This document shows, one piece after another, positions 56,393 through 64,000 of a stretch of DNA of 64,000 bases. The translations under genes and the position numbers were made by a program. Each line of letters begins with the position of its first letter. Position 1 is the stretch's first letter. The notes beneath the pieces were generated by a model. That model saw nothing but the letters and a program-made list of their open reading frames with translations. It was not told where the DNA came from and did no database searches. The DNA is taken from the IMG/VR virus record IMGVR_UViG_2706796725_000001, positions 18,439 to 82,438 of that record, one strand, 5' to 3'. The DNA is from a virus (Duplodnaviria; Caudoviricetes).

Positions 56393-57190
56393 TCAACGTG
56401 AGAATGGGAGTTTGTTGTAGGCCTCCCAGCCATATTTACTAATAAACTCTCGCTGTTTAGCCGTATCAGCCATCAATTCCTGCTTACTTGTGCGTGGGAT
56501 TCCTGCACCACTTTTCTCACCAGCAGTACCTTCACTAGACATACCTGTACCTTTCTTACCTGGAGATGGGAATCCTTTGCTCAGACTGGGGTGTTCCTTA
56601 AACTCTGCCATCAGGTCATCCAGCGTCTTACCTTCCATGATATTACCTTTGGTATCCAATACCACCACATTGTATTCACCAGAATCTTCATCCTCAACTG
56701 TCGCTGTACGCTTCTCGATGTGGTGTGCAAGCAATTCCATATCTGCCTGATGTTTTGCAACAGCTTCGGCTACAACGCGCTTACGGGCCTGTTTCTGCAT
56801 ACGTTTTTCATATTCCGTCAGCTTACCTTCTAAGGCTTCTTTTTCAGCCAGACGTTCTTGACGTTCACGCTCAAGCATTTCCTGATAACGCTGCTGCTCT
56901 TCCATCTCTTTCAATTCAGCATTACGTTGCGCTTCAAGCATCTCTTTCGCTTTCTCTGGGGTGAATCCCATTTCCTCGTATTGCTTGAGGGCTAATCGAC
57001 GTTGCTTGGCTTCTTCGTTTACTTTACTTAGGGCGTTACGCATACGTTCCAACTCTTCAATGTCAATCTCGACTTTAGAAGGTTTGGAGGGGGAGTCTTT
57101 GGTGGTTTCTTTAGCAGTTTCCTGAACAGTCTTCTGCTGAGTGGTTTCTTCTACAATGTTGGCATCACGCTCGTTAGTTTCGGTAGTCAT
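56393..57190 (-). CDS. Capsid scaffolding protein
   Basis: Highly charged coiled coil between portal and capsid genes; AL.K..EEAK.RR and GTG...G motifs. Confidence 0.85.
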   Translation of the reverse strand: MTTETNERDANIVEETTQQKTVQETAKETTKDSPSKPSKVEIDIEELERMRNALSKVNEEAKQRRLALKQYEEMGFTPEKAKEMLEAQRNAELKEMEEQQRYQEMLERERQERLAEKEALEGKLTEYEKRMQKQARKRVVAEAVAKHQADMELLAHHIEKRTATVEDEDSGEYNVVVLDTKGNIMEGKTLDDLMAEFKEHPSLSKGFPSPGKKGTGMSSEGTAGEKSGAGIPRTSKQELMADTAKQREFISKYGWEAYNKLPFSR

Positions 57191-57329
57191 CTCGACCTTT
57201 CTCCTATGTATGTATTGTTCATTGCCTAGACAATATATTGCGTCAACAAATTAGCAGGGATAATTTATCTCAAATCATTGCCCTGCTCTTTTCTATCTTA
57301 TTATGTGTGGTAAAGACACATGTTATTTA

Positions 57330-58844
57330 TTACGCTTGTTCTTGTAGCTCTTCTTCGTCTTCTTCTTGCTCATCTTCAGGCTCCTTTGGTTCTGGCTCTT
57401 TACCTGTATCTTCCCAATCACTCTCAACATTAGGACGATTGGGGTCTAGCTTCAGATAGCTTGACAGAATACCCTGTCGTTTAGCTTCCTCAACAAGCTG
57501 TTCATCTGTCAGTAAGCCAAGCTCTTTGATAATCTTCAATGCGGCTGCTGGGTTAGGTTCGTTCGCAATAGACAGGTCATCACCAATAGAAACAGATACG
57601 TTAGAAGCATCCACACCCATCATAATCCCCATCAGTCGATACATTTCCTCAACCATCTGCTCAATGGAACGCAGGGTCATTTGTAATATACTCATAGATT
57701 GAGACTGGTCGATACGTTTTGCTGTAGCGGTAACACGCGACAAACTCTTACTGATCAGCAAGTCTGCACCCAGCATAGCCATCTGTGCTTCTAAGTCTTT
57801 CAAGTCTGTACGACCAGCATTAATTGCCTGACCTGTATGCTCAACATGCTTAATATCGGCATCAGGATTATCTGTAGCAATCATACGGTTACTACCAATC
57901 TCCAACCCGTTCAGATCCCCATCTGAAAACCCTGTAGCCAATAAGAAGGGTACACGGGCTACATGAAGAATGTTACGCTGGTCTGATGCAGAGATGAAGT
58001 GTGCTTGGTTGACATAGGCCAAATCCAACAAAGGTGGTGATGCAGTCATGAATCCTGTTTTATTTGAATACGCTGTCAACAGAGGGATCACACCTAATTC
58101 AGTTTCTTCTGTGCGATCCAATACCCACTCAGCATCCAGCTCTGGATCAAGTCTCCAAATATCAACATGTGTATCATGTATTACACGAACATACTGAACA
58201 GTCTTATCTTCCCACTCATTCGCCTCAGAAACCTCTACACGGTCTTCTAAGATACGCACCTGCTCTAGTGTGGGTTTACCTGTTCCTTTCTTCTGACGCC
58301 ACCCTATACAGCGTGTGGGATGTATCATGGCAGCATAGGGAAGAACACCACTCTCACGGAAGTCTTTGAGGGTCATATTCTCAGCATCATACTCAGGCAT
58401 ATCTACGTACAGGTGAACCTTGCCCAAGTGCAATGCAATCACAGCCATATCGTAACACAGCTCTGTGATAGACCGCCCTGTACCATCTACGTTGTACTCA
58501 ACACCTTCCAATTCCTTTGGAACATTGCTTACTACAACAGGTTTCAGGAATGCCATACCTGATACAGTTTGAATTGTTCGCTTGTATAGATTGAGTAGGA
58601 AAGAGCGATTGAGACGGTTTTGATATGCCTCATCTGATTCTTTAGGCTCTTGCGGAAGATACTTCTTTCCAGCCTGACGCATTGCAGGTGTACCACCCCA
58701 AAGTGTTGCAGGAAGCTCCCATTCCTTTGCCATCTGGTCATAGGCTGAAGAAGGTGTTGCAACAGTGGTAATGGACTTACTGTTCTGTATATTTTGTGCG
58801 GTGTTTGCCCCATACGCAGGGACAATACCTGTGATATTTTGCAT
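57330..58844 (-). CDS. Portal protein (DUF4055-like)
   Basis: YLPQEPKESDEAYQNRL; PPLLDLA..N..HF..SDQRNILH.ARVP; acidic tail. Confidence 0.92.
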   Translation of the reverse strand: MQNITGIVPAYGANTAQNIQNSKSITTVATPSSAYDQMAKEWELPATLWGGTPAMRQAGKKYLPQEPKESDEAYQNRLNRSFLLNLYKRTIQTVSGMAFLKPVVVSNVPKELEGVEYNVDGTGRSITELCYDMAVIALHLGKVHLYVDMPEYDAENMTLKDFRESGVLPYAAMIHPTRCIGWRQKKGTGKPTLEQVRILEDRVEVSEANEWEDKTVQYVRVIHDTHVDIWRLDPELDAEWVLDRTEETELGVIPLLTAYSNKTGFMTASPPLLDLAYVNQAHFISASDQRNILHVARVPFLLATGFSDGDLNGLEIGSNRMIATDNPDADIKHVEHTGQAINAGRTDLKDLEAQMAMLGADLLISKSLSRVTATAKRIDQSQSMSILQMTLRSIEQMVEEMYRLMGIMMGVDASNVSVSIGDDLSIANEPNPAAALKIIKELGLLTDEQLVEEAKRQGILSSYLKLDPNRPNVESDWEDTGKEPEPKEPEDEQEEDEEELQEQA

Positions 58845-58896
58845 GTGATAATCTCCTGAATTCTCTATGTCTGATTAGACAAGGCAGGAGATAGGT

Positions 58897-58921
58897 AAAG
58901 AAAAGCCCCAATTAAGGGGCT
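58897..58921 (-). terminator. Terminator (GCCCC-N6-GGGGC family)
   Basis: AGCCCCTTAATTGGGGCTTTTCTTT. Confidence 0.85.
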
Positions 58922-59040
58922 ATCTTCAGAGGATGAGGTTTTTAGCGCGGGTGTGTTTGTTGTATGTTATCGAAACATAGTGGAGGCTATGTGCTTAGGT
59001 GGAGAATGGCAGTTCTCCCGGTGTTGCATAGTTAATACTC
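58922..59040 (-). ncRNA. Candidate small RNA between phoH and portal
   Basis: Bounded by TGTCTA (59044-59049) and a terminator; two 6-bp/6-nt hairpins; no ORF with an RBS. Confidence 0.35.
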
Positions 59041-59053
59041 TAATAGACACCAA

Positions 59054-59851
59054 TCAACTTGTATAATGATCTGCAATCAAGAATTCCCTCACCAAACCAC
59101 TACGCACAATATCCTCCAACCCAAACTGAACAACACCAACCATACTTGGTGGCATCTTATCTACAACATTCATCAGCTTACCAAACCCTGACTGATCGTT
59201 CTTTCTTCCCTTACTGAGCAAGTCATCCTGCTTGCTATCCCCACACAAGATAATCCGACTGTTCTCTCCACAACGAGTGATAACAGACGATATTTCATGA
59301 TAATTAGCACTCTGGAATTCATCAAAGATGATGATGCAATTATCAAATGTATTGCCACGAATGAAGGATGTAAGGTGGAATTCCAAATATCCTAATGCTT
59401 TCAAATATTCATACGCATTCTTGTATTGTGGCATCAAGCTATGACAGAGTGGGTGGTAGGGAGATTCAAAGAAACTAAACTTCTCTTCGTTCCCACCAAT
59501 AAACCCTAAATCCCTCGTCTGAACAGAGGAACGTACAAGAATGATCTTATCATACACACTGTCAGAACGTACCACTTCGCTTAATGCACAATACATTGCT
59601 AAGAAACTTTTGCCGGTTCCTCCTGAGCCTGCTGCAACCAACAATTCATGACCTTCATGAAACAGACGTATAAACTCCCTCTGACGATCATTCATTGGGG
59701 AAATATCAATAACATCCTTGGAATGGAAACGTTTACGATTACCGAGTTCTTGTTGCACTGTTGGTGTTTCTCCTTCTGTATCAAACTTCTTACTTTTCTT
59801 AGGAGTTGCTTCTTGCACACGTCTACGATTAACTTTCTTCATCACTGCCAT
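59054..59851 (-). CDS. phoH: PhoH-like ATPase
   Basis: GSGGTGKS, RGNTF, IIIFDEFQ and GDSKQDDL motifs. Confidence 0.92.
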   Translation of the reverse strand: MAVMKKVNRRRVQEATPKKSKKFDTEGETPTVQQELGNRKRFHSKDVIDISPMNDRQREFIRLFHEGHELLVAAGSGGTGKSFLAMYCALSEVVRSDSVYDKIILVRSSVQTRDLGFIGGNEEKFSFFESPYHPLCHSLMPQYKNAYEYLKALGYLEFHLTSFIRGNTFDNCIIIFDEFQSANYHEISSVITRCGENSRIILCGDSKQDDLLSKGRKNDQSGFGKLMNVVDKMPPSMVGVVQFGLEDIVRSGLVREFLIADHYTS

Positions 59852-60287
59852 CTTCATCGCTCTCAGTAGAAACAGATTTAAGATATTCCTGAACACCTTG
59901 TTCTCTAAATTTATCCCACACTTTAAACTTTTGCATGAATGCTCTAAAGATTGATTGTGCCAGATATGTTTCAGCTTCATGGTTTTCAGGAGTTGTTTCC
60001 ACACCAACCAAGCCAAGTAACATACGGGTGATGTGATGACCTTCATGAACAAGAATTTCAACAGTTTCTTCTAGGGTGGAATTTTCACTATCTAAGGCAA
60101 GAAAGAGTTGAGAGGTATTGGCGGCATGATTTTGTAGTATTCCAGCACAACCTCTTGTTGTTAATAGGAATTCTTCCGTATCCTCCCCAAGCTCTGACCC
60201 TGTTTTCTTCAGAAATCTTCTAAAGTCCTTATAGGTATAGAACATTAAGACTTCTTGGTTATACACGTCTATATAATGCTTCTTCAT
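59829..60287 (-). CDS. Hypothetical protein with HExxH (metallopeptidase-like)
   Basis: LVHEGHH...EAETYL. Confidence 0.7.
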   Translation of the reverse strand: MKKHYIDVYNQEVLMFYTYKDFRRFLKKTGSELGEDTEEFLLTTRGCAGILQNHAANTSQLFLALDSENSTLEETVEILVHEGHHITRMLLGLVGVETTPENHEAETYLAQSIFRAFMQKFKVWDKFREQGVQEYLKSVSTESDEDGSDEES

Positions 60288-60351
60288 GAATTATCCTTTT
60301 GTGGAGGAGTGATGTTCAGATAGACAAGAGGGGGGATGATAACCTCATCCC

Positions 60352-60555
60352 TTAAAACACAATCTCCTCTACCACTTCTTCTACTTCCCTGATCTGATAC
60401 ACATCTCCTCTTTGGAATATTCTGTAATGATCTTTGCAATAGTCTCTTGCTTGTTCAATTGACAGGAAGGTGTGCAGGAACTCACTACCGCCACCAGGTT
60501 GCATGAGATATACATATTTTCTTATATTGATTCTTGGAGTATCTAGGAATGTCAT
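60352..60555 (-). CDS. Hypothetical protein
   Basis: 67 aa, RBS GGAG. Confidence 0.6.
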   Translation of the reverse strand: MTFLDTPRINIRKYVYLMQPGGGSEFLHTFLSIEQARDYCKDHYRIFQRGDVYQIREVEEVVEEIVF

Positions 60556-60839
60556 TATGTTTCTCCACTATTGTTTGCCATATACATGATTATTATACAA
60601 CAATTTGTAAGGATAACAAAGAGATAATGTAAGATATTATGGAAGAATATGGTTGTATAAATAACTATACATAAATGATTATATTATCAATATATATATA
60701 TATTCTTTTACATACTAGATATTCTTGTTAGTAATACTTGCTAGTATATTTGTAAGATGTACTAACAGTATTATTTAATAAATAATATAAACAATATATT
60801 AATCAATTATATAGATGAAGATTGGTGAGAGTTTTCGCG

Positions 60840-61170
60840 AAGCGAATTCTACAAGAACCCCTTACCCAGCCATACACAATAAGTGCCTAAGACTAGGTAA
60901 GGGTTAAAGTAGAACAGCTTCTAATCATGAAGATCGGAGCCGAGTTTCCAGTCATCTTGTGACTGGTCTACCTGTGATCTTATCAACGTTATCACAGTTA
61001 GGCATTTCCTCTTGTTGAAGAGTCTATCCGCAGTTGCCCTCACAACCCCCTGCTGCCTGATGTGGATTTATGCTTTCATCTCAGGCTCGGAAACACTAGG
61101 CTTCCTCTTACACCACACCCGAACAGTCTTTAGCCACAAGTTGTGTGATGAAGGTATACAAGACACCTTG
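60840..61170. other. Non-coding multi-hairpin element (candidate ncRNA or origin)
   Basis: Stems at 60847-60914, 60948-60966, 60972-60997, 61056-61085 and 61151-61169; no ORF. Confidence 0.5.
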
Positions 61171-61455
61171 ATGAGTATTGTTTCATAGAATTTGAATTAA
61201 GTCAACATATATTTGCAAATATGCTAAGAAATTTATAGCGGAAGGATGGTCTTGGAAGGACGTATCTATCAGCACATCTCCTCCATACGGGGAATTTTTG
61301 AAGAAATTTCTGAACAAGAATCCAGCAACCATGCGGCTTACAGACGAGAAATTGCGAATTTCCCAGAGGTTTTTAGGCATGTTTTCGCACACCCTAAATT
61401 GAGGCAAATTTTAAGCTAAAATTTCAACAGGAAATACCCAAAAACAACACACCTT

Positions 61456-61570
61456 CGAGAAGGCCTCAAAATGGCTCTCTAAGACGTTTTAGCACCAACC
61501 CATGTCAACGTACCAGAAAGACGAGAAAATGGCTTAGAACGCAAAATAGAAGCTCTCAAAGGGTATTGTG
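61456..61570. repeat. Dispersed ~115-bp element, copy D (SGS-like family)
   Basis: Aligns without gaps to 6986-7100. Confidence 0.85.
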
Positions 61571-61640
61571 ATGGTGTGTTGTGGAGATTGTTTGATGGGA
61601 TAGGTTTTAGAGATCTTTTGAAGTATTTGTGAAGAGGGTG

Positions 61641-61669
61641 TTGACAGGTTGTTTTGGTGGGTGTATTGT
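61641..61669 (+). promoter_or_regulatory. Sigma70 early promoter
   Basis: TTGACA-17 nt-TATTGT upstream of the plus-strand gene block. Confidence 0.75.
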
Positions 61670-62015
61670 GGGGTCAATGGTAACGAAAATTGAATGGTTA
61701 GGAGTAAACAAAAAGATTATTATGATGGGGGCTAAAGAAAACACAATCAGGGTGAAATCTCACTTTGGAGTTGATGTTAGTCAGTTGGCTATGAGTGGGG
61801 ATTTAAGTTATAAACAAGGGGTTACAAGCATGATACCCCTCACCTTTGAAAATAAGGGTTTAAATAAAATAAGAACTTCCGTTGATTGCTTTAACTACGG
61901 ACTTAAGAAGATTGAAGTAAACTTTAGGGAAGTCGGTGCGGAATCTGCCTACAAGGTAAGAAAGAAATGCTTGGTGAAGTGATTAAATATTTGGAAAAGG
62001 TTTAGGAGAAATAAT

Positions 62016-62315
62016 ATGAACATTCAACGTTTGAGAAACTTAACCACAGGCCGACTACACACAGAAATGAGCCATATCTACCAAGACCTTGAGTGGATCA
62101 CTGGTCAAAGGGGCTTGATGACCCGCATGCTTCCTAGAGCTTGTACTGCCGTAGAACCTTGGCTGAAGAAGTATGTTAAGGACGATAGGTTCTGGAATGG
62201 TGAGTGGGATACAGAGCATGTCGGTGAGATTGATTTACCGACACCAACAGAAGAAGATCGTGCAGAAATGTTGAAGATTTACATGGAACTACCATGTCCG
62301 TTTGGAGGAGAATAA
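62016..62315 (+). CDS. Conserved phage hypothetical protein (early)
   Basis: LTTGRLHT...IY..LEWITG; RBS AGGAG. Confidence 0.8.
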   Translation: MNIQRLRNLTTGRLHTEMSHIYQDLEWITGQRGLMTRMLPRACTAVEPWLKKYVKDDRFWNGEWDTEHVGEIDLPTPTEEDRAEMLKIYMELPCPFGGE

Positions 62316-62316
62316 C

Positions 62317-62514
62317 ATGAAAATAATCATAGATTATGAAGGAAACCAATACATCTCTGAAGAAACCGAAGAACTTACGGCTGAAGAAATGGTAGACGCG
62401 CTCTACTCTGAGATAGAACGTGCCAATAAGTTTAAGTTGAGGCTTGAAACTGGCGAATACCTGATACTTGGACCAGAAGCAATCAAACGCTGTGCTATTA
62501 TAGTTGTAGAGTGA
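62317..62514 (+). CDS. Hypothetical protein
   Basis: 65 aa from ATG 62317, RBS GGAGGAG. Confidence 0.7.
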   Translation: MKIIIDYEGNQYISEETEELTAEEMVDALYSEIERANKFKLRLETGEYLILGPEAIKRCAIIVVE

Positions 62515-62526
62515 GGGGGGGGCAAT

Positions 62527-62904
62527 ATGAAAAGACCACAAACGATTAATCTGATTCTTGAAGAACTTGCCAATGAATACCCTCAAATTGAGGAGTATAT
62601 GGAGAATCTTGAATTTGAGCTAGCTAAATCTAATTTCGGAAGAGGGGTTTCTGAAAGTGCTTATATGAACTGCTCTGAAGAACGTGAAAAATTAAAAGAA
62701 ACTCTCTTTATATTAGCAGAGAGGCTTGGTATAGATTATGAAGAGGCCAGAAAAAGCCCTGGAAAACCTTCTGATGTTTATTGGAAATATATAAACAGAC
62801 TAATCACAAACAAACTCCTTAGTTTGACTGAGGATTTAAAAGGTCATATCCCTGAGTATTCTGTCAATATTGGGATCATATCGAAAAGGCATATAGACAG
62901 TTGA
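62527..62904 (+). CDS. Hypothetical protein
   Basis: 125 aa, RBS GAGGGG. Confidence 0.7.
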   Translation: MKRPQTINLILEELANEYPQIEEYMENLEFELAKSNFGRGVSESAYMNCSEEREKLKETLFILAERLGIDYEEARKSPGKPSDVYWKYINRLITNKLLSLTEDLKGHIPEYSVNIGIISKRHIDS

Positions 62905-63032
62905 GAGTTATAGACGAGCACCATACAAAACTACTTAGAATACATTGAGTACAAGAATAAACAACGTGCTGATCTGATCAAACGTATCGCGGCACATAAG
63001 CCTAAACAACTGAAACAGAAGGAGAATGGTAA

Positions 63033-63188
63033 ATGAATAATCAACAGGTTGAAGAGATTATTGAGAAATGTCAAGTGCTTCTTGCGGTTATAGAACTCCG
63101 AGGGTATATGAACCCTGAAAACTGGAATAGAACTCTTGAAGTTAAATCAAAACAATTACAAGGCCTTATCGAGGAGATTGGAGAATGA
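63033..63188 (+). CDS. Hypothetical protein (51 aa, not in ORF track)
   Basis: MNNQQVEEII...EEIGE*; RBS AGGAG; ATGA overlap. Confidence 0.55.
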   Translation: MNNQQVEEIIEKCQVLLAVIELRGYMNPENWNRTLEVKSKQLQGLIEEIGE

Positions 63189-63436
63189 ACCTATCAAAAG
63201 AAGCAATCGAAGTATGTGTTTGGTTACGGGACAATCCCCACCACTATAGTAGTTGGGAGCCTCAAAGTGAGTTCCCTAATTGTGAATACATGCTAGTACG
63301 TGGGGATGGGTGTGAAATCAAGATTCCCGTTAAGGTTAACTTTGAACTCAACTTCAAGATGGTTTACAATGTTGAGGGTCACATATTCTACCCAAACGAT
63401 GAAGTAATTAAATACTTGGAGGAATTAGGTGTATGA
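63185..63436 (+). CDS. Hypothetical protein
   Basis: 83 aa, RBS GGAG. Confidence 0.7.
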   Translation: MNLSKEAIEVCVWLRDNPHHYSSWEPQSEFPNCEYMLVRGDGCEIKIPVKVNFELNFKMVYNVEGHIFYPNDEVIKYLEELGV

Positions 63437-63633
63437 AAACTTACAACCAATCACTTGAAAACCTCCATTCCGACCTAAACACTCTACAATATAAGCTGGA
63501 ACGAGAGAATGACCGTATTGCTGACTTGGAACGCGTTGTACTGAATCAGGGAGAAGAATTGAGGATGTTGAAAGGTGTAATCGAAATGATTGATGAAGCT
63601 GTTTCTACGAGATGTGGAGGTGGGAATGACTGA
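63433..63633 (+). CDS. Hypothetical coiled-coil protein
   Basis: 66 aa. Confidence 0.65.
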   Translation: MKTYNQSLENLHSDLNTLQYKLERENDRIADLERVVLNQGEELRMLKGVIEMIDEAVSTRCGGGND

Positions 63634-63847
63634 TATTAATATACTAGAAGTAAGTGAGTCTGTAACCCACTACGTTGATACAGATAACGGGTGTTTCAGA
63701 CGCAACGCTGAAGGTTGTTGGGAGAAATTGTACGGGAATTCATGGGAAGATGAGAATATCCTTGAAGAACAATTAGAGCAAGAATTTCAACGATATGTGG
63801 CGAAGAAAGAGCAATTATTCCAAGCGTTTGAAGATTATTGTAAGTGA
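63626..63847 (+). CDS. Hypothetical protein
   Basis: 73 aa from ATG 63626, RBS GGAGG. Confidence 0.65.
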   Translation: MTDINILEVSESVTHYVDTDNGCFRRNAEGCWEKLYGNSWEDENILEEQLEQEFQRYVAKKEQLFQAFEDYCK

Positions 63848-63871
63848 TTTAACTAATATACCACACTAAAC

Positions 63872-63897
63872 AAGCCCCTTAATTGGGGCTTTTCTTT
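63872..63897 (+). terminator. Terminator (GCCCC-N6-GGGGC family)
   Basis: AAGCCCCTTAATTGGGGCTTTCTTT. Confidence 0.85.
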
Positions 63898-63935
63898 ATC
63901 TACACGTATTAAATGAAAATAGTTATCAAAAAGAT

Positions 63936-63964
63936 TTGCATTATTCCTTTCCCTTCTATATAAT
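63936..63964 (+). promoter_or_regulatory. Sigma70 promoter
   Basis: TTGCAT-17 nt-TATAAT, followed by RBS GAGG at the window end. Confidence 0.75.
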
Positions 63965-64000
63965 ATACGCATATTCATATATACAAGAGGAATAATATAG

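Noticed and set aside
60840-61170. Group I intron or ribozyme identity for the structured element
   Set aside because: Only a weak AGACT/AGTCT P7-like pair, no interrupted host gene, and no recognisable catalytic core.
61629-61982. 117-aa plus-strand ORF
   Set aside because: GTG start with no RBS, overlaps the TTGACA promoter, and has no protein-like features. Probably a leader or promoter region.
58860-62000. tRNA genes in the non-coding regions
   Set aside because: No cloverleaf with a TTC-arm consensus was found by eye on either strand. tRNAscan-SE or ARAGORN would settle it.
11531-63897. CRISPR-like or REP-like array from the repeated GCCCC hairpins
   Set aside because: The copies are dispersed at gene ends and followed by T-runs, not regularly spaced with spacers. 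No cas genes.

Overview
The window is 64 kb of a tailed dsDNA phage genome (siphovirus architecture). It is probably lytic: I see no integrase, repressor, tRNA or CRISPR array. Sigma70-like promoters, spanins and the gene set suggest a Gram-negative, probably gammaproteobacterial, host (inference). The minus strand from about 0.5 to 31 kb carries replication and nucleotide-metabolism genes: UvrD-like helicase, PAPS-reductase-like protein, tyrosine-phosphatase-like protein, ATP-dependent ligase, DHFR, ThyA, glutaredoxin, NrdB, NrdA with a Gln-ending mini-intein, metallophosphoesterase, MazG-like protein, HNH nuclease, NADAR, 5'-3' exonuclease, SSB, family-B DNA polymerase and a T7-like primase-helicase. 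A lone plus-strand small terminase gene sits among them. The minus strand from about 31.4 to 60.5 kb carries lysis, tail, neck and head genes plus PhoH. A 1.4 kb divergent non-coding region follows, then plus-strand early genes. No large terminase is present in the window. About ten genes are broken by 1-nt indels, and two regions show runs of in-frame codon losses, most likely sequence or assembly error. The most interesting signals are non-coding: (i) a TGTCT(A/G) motif placed before most late genes (candidate late promoter); (ii) perfect hairpins hiding the ribosome-binding sites of the tail-fibre and endolysin genes next to that motif; (iii) a candidate ~135-nt stand-alone RNA upstream of the portal gene; (iv) a ~330-nt multi-hairpin element; and (v) a four-copy ~115-bp two-armed element resembling strong gyrase sites. 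All protein family calls are from motif recognition by eye; no database search was run.
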